Source of the DNA: Macrostomum lignano
Lineage: Eukaryota
NCBI GenBank assembly: GCA_002269645.1
Contig: NIVC01000390.1
Location: 539,516 to 603,515, forward strand
DNA: 64,000 nt
Direction: 5' to 3'
Shown here: positions 24,258 to 35,339 of the stretch, in pieces
Layout: the number at the start of each line of letters is the position of its first letter
How positions within the stretch are numbered: position 1 is the first letter of the stretch
The notes under the pieces: model-generated
The model's input: only the letters and a program-made list of their open reading frames with translations
What the model was told of the DNA's origin: nothing
Databases searched by the model: none
Position numbers and translations under genes: made by a program

Positions 24258-26054
24258 ATGGCAACCAAAGATGAATTACCGTCAGCTGAGCAGCTGCTGA
24301 ACTGCTCCGTGTGTCACCGCATGGTCTCCGATCCCAGGCTGTTGCCATGCTCACACTCTGTGTGTCTCCGCTGTGTGGACTCAGTCAGAGATCCCACGGA
24401 CAGGCGCACTGGAAGCTGCCCTGTCTGTCAGGCAAAACTTGAGCTGCCGCAGAACTCAAATCAGCTCCATCGAGACGTCATGAAGTTTCGATTAGCGGAA
24501 AGTGTCAAGGCCTCCGTAGTCAGTACGAAGCCATGCACTCATTCTGACTGCAAGAAAATGTCAAAAAGCGTGTCAGCCTTGTCGAGCCGAGCCATGTGCG
24601 AGCAGCATCTGCAGGCGGAGCTGGACCGGCTGGCTGCAGAGGCGGCCTCACTGAGAGAGCCGGTCGCGGCTGCACTGGCGCCAGCAAGCCGTCTCTCAGG
24701 AATTTGTGGTCGAGCGGCAGAGAAGAAGCAGAGTCTGGAGGCCACGCAGCGAGAGGTGGAGTCGAAGTTCGAGAGACTTCGAGAGCAGCTCGAGGACGCA
24801 GAGACGCTTGCGTTGAAGGCAGTTCGGATCGACATTGAGAGGAGCTCGAGCTGCAGTGAGAGGGCAGAGTCGATTCGAGCTCAGATGGAGCAGTTTCAGA
24901 GTATGGGTGAGAGCTGGTCGGACTTGCAGACTGCAGGCCTCAGTGCAGTGCAGCTGGTCGATGAGACGAAGAGAGCACTGCGTCAGCTTGAGCACCTTGA
25001 CGACTCGTTTGCGACAGTCTCTGATGTAGTGAAGTCAACAGTTCAGGCCAGTGTGGAGAGTTTGAAGGCCAGCAATGAAAAACTATGCAGTGAATTGGAG
25101 GTTCTTCTTGATCGGAAAGTTTCAGGTGGCTCGGTGTTATCGCTTAAAGATTCAAAGCCTGTTGGATTTGAGTTCGCTCCTCTCTTTGTAGTCTGCTTGT
25201 CGGGTGTGAAGCTCATGTTGGACTCAAATTTGTATGTCTGTAAACTGAATGGCAGCCTTCCAACTGGCGCTACTCAGCTACCAAAGTCGATCATGTTTGT
25301 CATCTTCAAACGGTCGAATTATTTCGATTCCAAGCAAGAATTTCAACTATTTTCGCTTCCTAATTGCATCCCAATTTTCGGAGCGCGATTTGCCTTGCAG
25401 TTTCCGAATTCGTATTACTCTCGTACTGAAACGATTGAAGCCATTTTTGGCGCTTCTTCTGGGTGTTTTGTTGTCGCTATTTATGGAAAACTCTTCACTG
25501 CAGATGCCAGTGGAAAATTGATAAAGTCCGTTGGCATAGAGGATAGCAAACTGTGGCACTTTTCTCCGGAATCAGACCAGCTCACGGTTTCTCACTCAAG
25601 CTGTGGTGTCCAGTATGTCTCTGTGTTCAACATCAATCTGGAAAAAATTCGAACCGTAGTGATTTCTGCTTCTTCCATCTCGTCAGTGTTCGCCGTTGGG
25701 CCGAAATTCATGTTGGTAGACTTTGGCGACGGCAAGGTGTCGAGAGTTGATGTAGACAGTCGCAGCATCTCCGAGCTGGCTCAGCTTGACAGACTGGTTG
25801 GTCGACACCGTCGGACCACTGCAGAGCCTGGTGCCTTTGCGCTGTTCTTTGGCGCTGGCAATGCGGTATTTGTTGAAGGCAAGCATGCTGTGGCCGTGAA
25901 CAAGAGCGGACAGGTGGTGCAGGCTCTGCAGCTGAAGAACAGGGTGTCGAGAACTGCAACTGTTGTTCGGATGGCGAACGAATACTATCTGGTCATGCTC
26001 AGTGCATCCTGCAACTCCATGGAGCTTGTGTCAGTTGACCCGACTTGCTTTTGA
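24258..26054 (+). CDS. TRIM-like E3 ligase copy 3, intronless, 598 aa, with a divergent C-terminal domain
   Basis: ATG at 24258 (MATKDELP), just after a CTTTCAG. RING CSVC..DPRLLPCSHSVCLRC..CPVC; coiled-coil core near-identical to copies 1 and 2. Confidence 0.85.
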   Translation: MATKDELPSAEQLLNCSVCHRMVSDPRLLPCSHSVCLRCVDSVRDPTDRRTGSCPVCQAKLELPQNSNQLHRDVMKFRLAESVKASVVSTKPCTHSDCKKMSKSVSALSSRAMCEQHLQAELDRLAAEAASLREPVAAALAPASRLSGICGRAAEKKQSLEATQREVESKFERLREQLEDAETLALKAVRIDIERSSSCSERAESIRAQMEQFQSMGESWSDLQTAGLSAVQLVDETKRALRQLEHLDDSFATVSDVVKSTVQASVESLKASNEKLCSELEVLLDRKVSGGSVLSLKDSKPVGFEFAPLFVVCLSGVKLMLDSNLYVCKLNGSLPTGATQLPKSIMFVIFKRSNYFDSKQEFQLFSLPNCIPIFGARFALQFPNSYYSRTETIEAIFGASSGCFVVAIYGKLFTADASGKLIKSVGIEDSKLWHFSPESDQLTVSHSSCGVQYVSVFNINLEKIRTVVISASSISSVFAVGPKFMLVDFGDGKVSRVDVDSRSISELAQLDRLVGRHRRTTAEPGAFALFFGAGNAVFVEGKHAVAVNKSGQVVQALQLKNRVSRTATVVRMANEYYLVMLSASCNSMELVSVDPTCF

Positions 26055-27563
26055 GATTTTTTTATATTGTGTCGGAGACTTTTTGGATGCAAGTGGTCCT
26101 TATCCAGTTGAATGAAGTTTCGCATGTTTGTTCGATTTCACGGTTTCACTTTTGATGACCTTTTCTTCTCAATATTTATAGTTTTGTTCAGCATTTTTAT
26201 TTAGTAGCTATCTGTAGTGGGATTTACGAAATTTTTGAGTAGCATTTGGAATATGCAATACTTCATTAAATATACTCGTAGCTAGAATACTCGTGTTGAA
26301 TATCTAATGTTTATTTTATGCAGGTACAAAACTTGAGTCTTCAACGTACTCCTGAACCAAATAGCAATTAGATTTCGTTCATTTTGTGTAACCACAGAAA
26401 ACGTATGTACCAGTATGTATTTCATTGGATTATTAATATTTTTGAGCAACAGTATTTACTGATTATTAATGGTGGAGGTTTTTCAATTGCTGTTTTTTTT
26501 CTCGTAAGAGTCAGCTCAAATGTTTCCGTTGCATTTGATAAAATAGTAAAATACTATTCTTTATTTTCTACAATCGAACCAAGCCTTTAAACTATGAGTA
26601 GTGTGTTGTTTAAAGTATATTTAGCTTTTTCACTTTTCTAAGCTCGGTGATTTTCGCAGTGCATTATTCAACTATATTTGATCTTGTTTACCAAATTTAA
26701 CCATTTTGCACATTTGCAGTGCTAATATACCGTTCCTACTACTCACTCAGTTTAATTTTATTTTCTTTGGGTTTATTTTTTTCAATATTTAAAGCAACTA
26801 GAATCAGTATATTACGTTATATGTTAATTAGTCAAGAAGCGTTCATAACGTCATAACGTCAACGTAAATTTGTGATGCATTGTGGCTGCCTGTCTTACGG
26901 GCCGACGCACTGCTTCTTGTACATGAGCCGCTGACATTTGAGCATGGATTTCCGCATGGATCTGAACCTGAATGCACTGCTTATCTGTGTGGTTCTGGTT
27001 CTGCCCATAAACTACCATGGAATGTAAAGTACTGCGTTGAGTATTTCGCAATCATGGGATACTTAGGGAAGGAAATAACCGATCAGTCACAAGAGTCTTT
27101 TGATTTTGAAAGCTTTACTGTAAGACAGGCAGCCACCCACAATACGTCACATATTTGGCCAGAACTTTTGAGACGAGTGTGCAAACGAGATTGGGCTAGA
27201 GTACCTCAAATGAATATTAAATGTGCCGCTTTAAGGTGGAACCAATGATTCAGCATTAGCTTTTACGGGATGTGCCCCAGGTTCAAAACTGCCTTTACTT
27301 TCTGGACACCCATCGTATAAATATAATTTTACGAGGCAAAATTATCCCTTAATGAAATTTCCATCTTTGAAAGTCTGTGAGTCTTTTTCGTATCTGATCA
27401 GACTGCACGTCTTGGCAACCGTGTGTCCTTGTGTTCAACGTGTAATTATTGTTTATTAATTATTTTCTGCATTCTATTTTTGTGTTCTTATTGTTATTTT
27501 TATTTCTTTATGTAGATATTTTTCAATCAACTTAAATTATTTTCAGCTGTCAGCGAGCCAGTC

Positions 27564-28669
27564 ATGTCCCTAGTCCCGTGGCGTTTCGACAGCCCCTACG
27601 CTGACGAGCGCAACAGTCCGGTGCGCAACTTCTGTCTGGCTGGCCATCGTCTGGCCATTGTGCAGGACTTGACTAGCGGACCTATCGGACCGGCTGAGGG
27701 CACCACCGGTAGGCGGCTGTGGAGTGCCGGATTCCTTCTGGTAATTTTGCAAGTGAAGTAGGCGGAGTGAGGTGGGTGCCCAAGTAGAGGAGGCGGAGTG
27801 AGGTGGGTGTGCAAGTATAAAAGGAGGCGGAGTGAGGTGGGTGTACAAGTAAAGGAGGTGGAGTGAGGTGGGTGTGCAAGTAAAGGATCGGCGGAGTGAG
27901 GTGGGTGCCAAATTAAGGAGGTGGAGTGAGGTGGACGTGAAAGTAAATGAGGCGGAGTGAGGTGGGTGTGCAAATAAAGGAGGCGGAGTGAGGTGGGTGT
28001 GCAATGAACAGGGCGGATGCGGAGTGAGGTGGGGCTTGCTAGAGACGTAATCAATGACGTAACCCTTAACTATTGGACCATTTCCAGGCCAATTTAATCT
28101 CTAAATCAGCGGATTGCCTACCACCCGAGCTTCGACGCTCTTTGTCCATCGGCCACCAGCGTCAGCGCCAAGTGCTGGAGCTGGGCGCCGGTTGCGGCCT
28201 GCCATCGCTGGTGTGCGCCTGCCGCGGTGCCCAGGTGGTGGCCACCGACTCAGCCGACTCTCTGCCGCACCTTCGCCGGTCAATCGACGCCAATGCAAGT
28301 TTGGCTGACCAGACAAAGACCTCCATTGAAGTTGCCACATTAGACTGGGCCAATCCAAACAAAGAGCTGCTACTTGGCCGCGATTGGCTGGCTGTCATCG
28401 GCGCCGATTTGTTCTTTGATCCTGCCGCCTCGGCGGCTCTGTTTGACTCGACGCTGCGGCCGCTGCTGCAGTCCCGGCCGGGTCTTGTCTGCGCCTTTGT
28501 GTACAAGCGGCGCGGCCTGGCCGGCGAGGCGGAGTTTCTCGACAGACTGCGGCAGGCGGCTGGTGATGGCCGGCTGGAGTGGAGCAGCGAAGAGCTGCAG
28601 CCAATGCCGGAGTTCGCGGATCCGAGCCAGCACCGTCTGGTGACTGTGCGGTCCAAGGGCTGCGGCTGA
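27564..28669 (+). CDS. METTL21/Methyltransf_16-family protein lysine methyltransferase, 252 aa
   Basis: Exons 27564-27740 and 28088-28669 (phase 0, GT-AG). Motifs GTTGRRLWSAGFLLANL, VLELGAGCGLPSL, VVATD, LDW and VIGADLFF. Confidence 0.85.
27768..28035. repeat. ~30-bp intronic minisatellite (GGCGGAGTGAGGTGGGTGTGCAAGTAAAGGA)
   Basis: About 9 tandem copies inside the methyltransferase intron. Confidence 0.85.
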
Positions 28670-28827
28670 AGCTTATGGATTATTGATTGATGCTGTGCAG
28701 TTGCTACTCTTTATGGCCTACTGATTAGTAGTATTGTGTATATAAGAAAGTCTTTCTAGTTTCTAGCATGTTTGTTTATATTGTTTCTATTTTATATATC
28801 TGAGCTACTATAATTACTTTGCATTTA

Positions 28828-29150
28828 GGGGTGGTAGCCTAGTGATTAGAGCGTCGGACTCATGACTGAAAGGTCGGGGGTTCGATTCCCGATCCCACTC
28901 GAACATTTTGTGTCCTTGAGCAAGACACTTAACTCAGCTGCATTGCTTCAGTTCACCCAGCTGTAAAATGGGTGCCAGCATTAGCTGTGGTAATTGAGGG
29001 TGTGTGTGGCGACCCTCCTCAGTCCTTGGACTGAACAACCGTACGCAGCCTTCAGATGCGCCGCGCAATAGCTGCGGCTGAGCTGTCGGTTGCAAATCTG
29101 GCTCAATTGGGGCAGGTGTAATCAATTGTTAATAATAATTATTATTATTT
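28828..29150 (+). mobile_element. tRNA-derived SINE with a CORE-like domain
   Basis: The tRNA-like head has an A box TAGCCTAGTG and a B box GGTTCGATTCC. It is followed by TGTGTCCTTGAGCAAGACACTTAAC...CAGTT..CCAGCTGTAAAATGGG, resembling the MIR/CORE consensus, and a (TAA/TTA)-rich tail. Confidence 0.75.
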
Positions 29151-29358
29151 AGGCTTCGCGATATTATTAGTTATATATATATTATTAGCGAATTATTAGT
29201 TAAACGTACATAATTATCAGATAAGAAAATGAACCAAATATGGCCATTTTTACTGATCTGGCTGTGGTTAATTATTTTGTTGATTAAATTCAAATCGCAC
29301 CAGCCACTGAGCTCAAATCTTTAATGTTGAAATTTCAGCCAAGTATTTCTAAGCCCTG

Positions 29359-32300
29359 ATGAAACCAAAGCCCGTGCAGCCTCCCCGGCTCGCTTCATCG
29401 GCCTCCGAGCTCGGCGTCAAACGGCCGGCCGAGAAGCGCCGCGAAGCCAAGCAGAAAAAGAAGCAGCAGAAAGCCAATGCGAAAAAGCAATTGAAAGAGA
29501 AACGCCAGCAACAGTCGGCTGACGTTTCTATGCGAGACCATAGCGTCCTTGACAACAGTCGCCATAGCAACCGCGAGTCGGCCGATGAAGACGACGACGA
29601 CGATGAGGTGGCGCTGAACCCGGATTTCAAATTCGACCTGCCAGCCGCCAAGCCTCATCAACCGCTTTCCCAGCCTCCTGAGCCCAAGCTGCGCGCCCAC
29701 GGCGAGAAGACCAACGTTGACGCTCTCATACAGCGGCGCCTGCTGCGGCAGAAGCCCGCTGACGCCGACGCCGACCTGGAAGCGGCTGCCGATGACCCTG
29801 CATCCGGTTCGGCCGCTCCGCAGGCCGAAGCCCCGATCGATCCCGACCTAGTGGACGCTGACGAGGTGAAGCCGAAGGCCAAGAAGGGCCGCAAACAGGC
29901 GGCCGGGCCGGCCACGCCTGGCTTTGCGGACGAGATCGACCGGCCGGACCTGCCGGCCGGGTCCAGCTTCCTGGCTCTCAACCTGTCCCGGCCGCTGCTG
30001 CGCGCCCTGGCCGAGCTGTCCTGGTCGCGGCCGACTCCAATCCAGGCCGCCTGCGTGCCAATCGCTCTGGCCGGCCGCGACATCTGCGCGTGCGCTCGCA
30101 CCGGCAGCGGCAAGACGGCCGCCTTCCTGCTGCCCGTCATCGAGCGGCTGCTGTACAAGCCGGCCGGACCGCCTGTGACCCGCGTGCTCGTGCTCAGCCC
30201 CACCAGGGAGCTGGCCGTGCAGATTCACAGCGTGGCCGAGCAGCTGCTGCGGTATTGCGGACGGCGGGTGTCGCTGAGTTTGTCGGCCGGCGGACTGGAC
30301 CTGCGAGGTCAGGAGGCTGCGCTCAGGCAGGTCAGTCAGTCAGTCAGTCAGTCAGTCAGTCAGTCAGTCAGTCAGTCAGTCAGTCAGTCAGTCAGTCAGT
30401 CAGACCGTCAGTCAGTCAGTCCTGAAAATGCTTTCAGGAATCCTGAAATTGCATTTCATGCAAAGGGACAGCAAGTGGGCTTTCCTGATTTCAATCATGT
30501 TACTATTAGTAGTATTTCTTATATGTAAATTTAGGTACTAAGTGTGGGTAGCGATTTTTTTCGAATTCCAACCGCTTTGTTGTTTCTTTTCCGCGTAAAG
30601 TCTGTCCTACCCGCATTATAAAGTACATTTTGTACTTGATATTATCTGTAGGTTGCTGTATATTATCTTCCTAATCCTAATCAACCGCGCAGGGTCCGGA
30701 CATTGTCGTAGCAACGCCCGGCCGCCTCATCGATCACGCGCACAATGCGCCCAGCTTCCACTTGCGCAATATTGAAATTCTTGTTCTAGACGAAGCTGAC
30801 AAACTGATTGACGAGTTTTTTATTGAACAGATCAAAGAGATTGTGCGGCTGTGCTCGCCTACTCGACAGGTGCGTCTTGAATGGGTGTTTTATTATTGCT
30901 TCAGCTCACTTCAGTCTCATCTACTGATTTTCTGACTTATTCAGACCCATACTGTCTTACTCAGTCTCACCTACTGTCTCACTCAGACTCACTCACCGTT
31001 TCAACCTGTCTCACTCAGACTCACTCACCGTTTCAACCTGTCTCACTCAGACTCACTCACCGTCTCAGCCTGTCTCACTCAGACTCACTCACCGTCTCAG
31101 CCTGTCTCACTCAGACTCTCCTACTGTCTCACCCTGTCTCAACCAGACTCTCCTACTGTCTCACCCTGTCTCACTCAGACTCTCCTACTGTCTCACCCTG
31201 TCTCACTCAGACTCTCCTACTGTCTCACCCTGTCTCACTCAGACTCTCCTACTGTCTCACCCTGTCTCACCCTATCTCCCAGGTGCTGCTGTTCAGCGCC
31301 ACCATGACAGACGATGTCCGCGAGCTGTCGGCCATGGCGCTGCGCAATCCGGTGAAGCTGTTCCTCAGCGACAAGGCCGACGTCACCCTCCGCCTGCAGC
31401 AGGAGTTCGTGCGCATCCGCGAACAGCGCGAATCCGATCGGGAAGCCATAGTCGCAGCGCTGGTGCAGCGCAGCTTCAACGAGCGCTGCATCGTGTTCTG
31501 CCCGACCCGCCGGCTGTGCCATCGGATGCACGTCCTGCTCGGCCTGCTAGGCGTGTCGTGCGCCGAGTTGCACAGCTCGTTGAGCCAGGCCCAGCGGCTG
31601 GAGGCGCTAGAACGATTTCACAAGGCCGAGGTTGGCGTGCTGCTAGCCACGGATCTGGTGTCGCGAGGCCTGGATATTCAGGGCGTGCGGACCGTCATTA
31701 ACTACAGCCTGCCGGATACGCTCAAGGTGCGAAGAGCTTGGGCTTAGTAAAGTTTTCTACTATGCATATCGGTAGACTATAATAGACATCTAATATATAT
31801 TGTATTTGAAGAATTCTACAAATCGATTCTTTTTTGTCTTCCAGTTAGTAATAAAGTTACCGAACGAGACTCCCACTCTATCGTCCTTCAGATGTACACC
31901 CACCCTATCCTCATCCAGGTGTACACTCACCCCATCATTATCCAGGTGTACACTCCCACAATCCTCATCCAGGTGTACACCCACCCTATCCTCATCCAGG
32001 TGTACACTCACCCCATCCTCATCCAGGTGTACACTCACCCCATCCTTATCCAGGTGTACACTCACCCCATCATTATCCAGGTGTACACTCTCCTTATCAA
32101 TATCCAGGTGTACACTAACCTCATCCTCATCCAGGTGTACACTCACCCCATCCTCATCCAGGTGTACACCAATCCCATCCTCATCTAGGTGTACACTCAC
32201 CCCATCATTATCCAGGTGTACACTCACCCCATCATTATCCAGGTGTACACTCACCGAGTTGGCCGCACCGCCCGAGCCGGCAAGCAGGGCCTGGCCATCA

Positions 32301-32689
32301 GTCTGGCGGGAGAGGCGGAGCGGCCTCTACTGAAGCAGATTGTGCGCAAAGCGCCGATCCCCGTAAAGCTGCGCACGGTGCCAAAGTCGACAGTAGCGGC
32401 TTATCGAGAGCGCATCGCCGCCCTGGAGCCGGACGTGTCCGCCGTGATGCAGGAGGAGCGTCTCGAGTCCGCGCAGCGGGCGGCCGAGCAGTCGCTGAAT
32501 CGGGTTCAGAAGCGCCTGGAAGCGGCTGGCAGCAGCGGCAGTCGGTCGCAACAGCAGCAGCAACTGCAGCGCAACTGGTTCAGAGCCAGGGGCGGCTGCA
32601 ATTCAGCAACTGCCGGCGCCGCCAGCGGAGTCCTTGGCGCGGGAAAACTGGGGAAAGCCAGGGGGAAGAAAGCAAAAGGCAGTGCTTGA
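29359..32689 (+). CDS. DDX27: DEAD-box RNA helicase DDX27/Drs1, 679 aa
   Basis: Exons 29359-30330, 30693-30869, 31283-31726 and 32243-32689, all phase 0. Motifs PTPIQAACVP, ARTGSGKTAAF, PTRELAVQ, ATPGRLIDH, LDEAD, FSAT, RLxQEFVRIRE (DDX27-typical), RGLDI and YTHRVGRTARAG. Confidence 0.92.
30327..30421. repeat. (TCAG)n microsatellite starting at the DDX27 intron-1 donor
   Basis: CAG|GTCAGTCAGTCAG... about 22 units. Confidence 0.95.
30960..31275. repeat. ~31-bp intronic minisatellite (CTGTCTCACTCAGACTC(A/T)C...) in DDX27 intron 2
   Basis: Tandem copies run up to the acceptor at 31282. Confidence 0.85.
31889..32255 (+). repeat. 27-bp minisatellite that duplicates the DDX27 exon-4 splice acceptor
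   Basis: The unit CAG|GTGTACACTCACCCCATCATTATC occurs ~13 times; the last copy is the real acceptor plus the exon start. Confidence 0.9.
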
Positions 32690-32749
32690 ATTTTGAGTTT
32701 TTTAAAATTGGATCCTCACGCTGGGTTCCCCTTGGCTCTTGCCTTTGTC

Positions 32750-33183
32750 TCTCCCCCCTGTCCCTACCTGAGTCTCCCCCTGTCCCCACCTGAGTCTCCC
32801 CCTCTGTCCCTACCTGAGTCTCCCCCTGTCCCTACCTGAGTCTCCCCCCTCTGTCCCTACCTGAGTCTCCCCCTGTCCCTACCTGAGTCTCCCCCTCTGT
32901 CCCTACCTGAGTCTCCCCCTGTCCCCACCTGAGTCTCCCCCCTCTGTCCCTACCTGAGTCTCCCCCCTGTCCCTACCTGAGTCTCTCCTCTGTCCCTACC
33001 TGAGTCTCCCCCTCTGTCCCTACCTGAGTCTCCCCTCTGTCCCTACCTGAGTCTCCCCCCTGTCCCTACCTGAGTCTCTCCTCTGTCCCTACCTGAGTCT
33101 CCCCCTCTGTCCCTACCTGAGTCTCCCCTCTGTCCCTACCTGAGTCTCCCCCCTGTCCCTACTTGAGTCTCTCCCCCTGTCCC
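32750..33183. repeat. ~23-25-bp minisatellite (CCCCCTGTCCCTACCTGAGTCT) downstream of DDX27
   Basis: Direct tandem copies. Confidence 0.9.
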
Positions 33184-33439
33184 TTAAATTCAGTTTCTAA
33201 AAGGGTTGCAGTTAATTAATCCTACTATGCTCGCGATTTGCATTGTAAAATAATAAAAAGCTTTATTTGCGCGTAAATTATTAACGGCATTTAATATTTT
33301 CCGACCTGTTTGAATAAATGCTGATCCAATGCAGATTGGAGCTGAGCTGTGTGGCTCCTCATTCTGCGACTTTGGACCGTCTGGGCTTGTTCGAGGAAAC
33401 TGCTGGAGTCTATTGATTTTTTTCTGTGGATTAGCTGCT

Positions 33440-33852
33440 AGTCTGTTTTTGTCTGTCTGTCTCTGCTGTCTGTCTCTCTGTCTGTCTGTCTGTCTGTCAG
33501 TCTGTCTGTCTATTTGTCTGTGTCTGTCTGTCTATCTCTCTGTCTGTGTGTCTGTCTGTCTGTGTCTGTCTCTCTGTCTGTGTCTGTCTGTCTGTGTCTG
33601 TCTCTCTGTCTGTGTCTGTCTGTCTGTCTGTAAGTGTCTGTCTGTCAGTCAGTGTCTGTCTCTCTGTCTGTCTGTCTGTCTGTCTGTCTGTCAGTCTGTC
33701 TGTCTATTTGTCTGTGTCTGTCTGTCTATCTCTCTGTCTGTGTGTCTGTCTGTCTGTGTCTGTCTCTCTGTCTGTGTCTGTCTGTCTGTGTCTGTCTCTC
33801 TGTCTGTGTCTGTCTGTCTGTAAGTGTCTGTCTGTCAGTCAGTGTCTGTCTC

Positions 33853-33929
<77 letters not shown>

Positions 33930-34100
33930 TTGTCTGTGTCTGTCTGTCTATCTCTCTGTCTGTGTGTCTGTCTGTCTGTGTCTGTCTCTCTGTCTGTGTC
34001 TGTCTGTCTGTGTCTGTCTGTCTGTGTCTGTCTCTCTGTCTGTGTCTGTCTGTCTGTGTCTGTCTCTCTGTCTGTGTGTCTGTCTGTGTGTCTGTCTGTC
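33440..34100. repeat. Degenerate (CTGT)n microsatellite
   Basis: Direct inspection; it explains the CLSV-repeat ORFs. Confidence 0.95.
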
Positions 34101-34175
34101 AATCCAGTCGCACAGGATAGGGTAGATACTGCACTAAAAGCAGCCCAGCACTCGCACAAATTGCCCGGTTATTGC

Positions 34176-35315
34176 ATGGCCCCCATCAACTGTCCAATTT
34201 GTCGCGAGCAGCTGGACGGAGAGAGCGAGTGCTCCGCACTGACCAGCTGCGGCCACGTGTTCCACGCCAGCTGCGTGTCAGACTGGCTGGCCGCCAGCCA
34301 GCAGAAGATCTGCCCGGCCTGCAGGGCTCAGTCGCGCGGCCGTCCTCTGCGGCTGTTCTTCTCGGCCGATGAGGGGCTGCCCTCCCTGCCTCACCAGCAG
34401 CAGCAGCAGCAGCAGTCAACGTTGGAGCAGCAGGAGCTGATGCTCATCCAAGAGGAGGAACGAGAAGCTGAATTGCATCAAGTGATGCAGCTATTGCACA
34501 TGGAACAGGTGAGAGAAACATTAAACAGTAAAAGCTTTGAGAAAGCATCTAAAGCAGCAGCGAAAGCAGCTGAAGCAGCAACAATAGCAGCAGAAGCAGC
34601 AGCGAAAGCAGCTGAAGCAGCAACAATAGCAGCTAAAGCAGCAACAATAGCAGCAGAAGCAGCAGCGAAAGCAGCTAAAGCAGCAACAATAGCAGCAGAA
34701 GCAGCAGCGAAAGCAGCTGAAGCAGCAACAATAGCAGCTAAAGCAGCAACAATAGCAGCAGAAGCAGCAGCGAAAGCAGCTGAAGCAGCAACAATAGCAG
34801 CAGAAGCAGCAGCGAAAGCAGCTGAAGCAGCAACAATAGCAGCAGAAGCAGCAACAATGGCAGCAGCGGAAGCATTAGAGTATTGCCTAAAAATTTCCTG
34901 AGACCGATACTTTTATAATTAACTGAATCAGTGGTTTTTTGCTACTAACAGTAGTACATGCAAATATTCCACCGCTTCCTCTTGTCAGGAGCAGCGCCGT
35001 TTAGCTGAGCGCCAGTCGCGCGATGCGGAATGGCGCGCAACAGACGCGTCGCGCCAGCTGACCGAAGCCAATCGGCGCTGCGACAACTTCAAGGAGCGGC
35101 TGGAGGAGGCCGAGACGGAGCTGGCCGCGGCTTGGCGACGCGTCTCCGAGCTGGAGGCTGCGGCGAGGAACACGGCCGCGTCGCTGTCATCTCGGCAGGA
35201 GGTGGGCAGCGAGGAGAAGCTGCGCAGCGACCTGGCAAATCAGCAGGAGCAGAACCGGCTGCTGGCTATGGAGCTGGATCTAGTGTCCCGGACTCTGGCG
35301 CTGCAGTCTGGCTGA
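34176..35315 (+). CDS. RING-H2 plus coiled-coil E3 ligase A (TRAIP/RFWD3-like RING), ~219 aa
   Basis: ATG 34176, MAPINCPIC...[15 protein letters not shown]...CPACR...LRLFF. Donor 34508|GTGAGA, acceptor TTGTCAG|34989; the coiled-coil exon ends at TGA 35315. Confidence 0.75.
34550..34870 (+). repeat. GCA-rich repeat (frame-preserving [13 protein letters not shown]) in the predicted intron of RING gene A
   Basis: Built from 21/42-bp modules and open in frame with the RING exon up to TGA 34901. Confidence 0.85.
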
Positions 35316-35339
35316 GTGCTCATTCTGATTCCACTCCAT

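Noticed and set aside
12293-24995. Conserved antisense ORFs repeated in the three TRIM genes (e.g. MSIRTAFNAS..., MLKLTQCSLR...)
   Set aside because: Their conservation follows trivially from the near-identical coiled-coil cassette on the plus strand.
26880-27320. Possible Tc1/maT transposase C-terminal remnant (FAIMGYL...LRRVCKRDWARVPQ)
   Set aside because: Resemblance is weak and no catalytic motif could be placed; a TBLASTN search would be needed.
28828-28900. Functional tRNA-Met gene
   Set aside because: The A and B boxes and CAT loop are present, but no convincing acceptor stem closes and the sequence continues into a CORE-like SINE body.
33329-34175. N-terminal extension of RING gene A through the (CTGT)n tract
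   Set aside because: The open frame is a by-product of a stop-free microsatellite; ATG 34176 aligns with the start of the paralogous RING exon.
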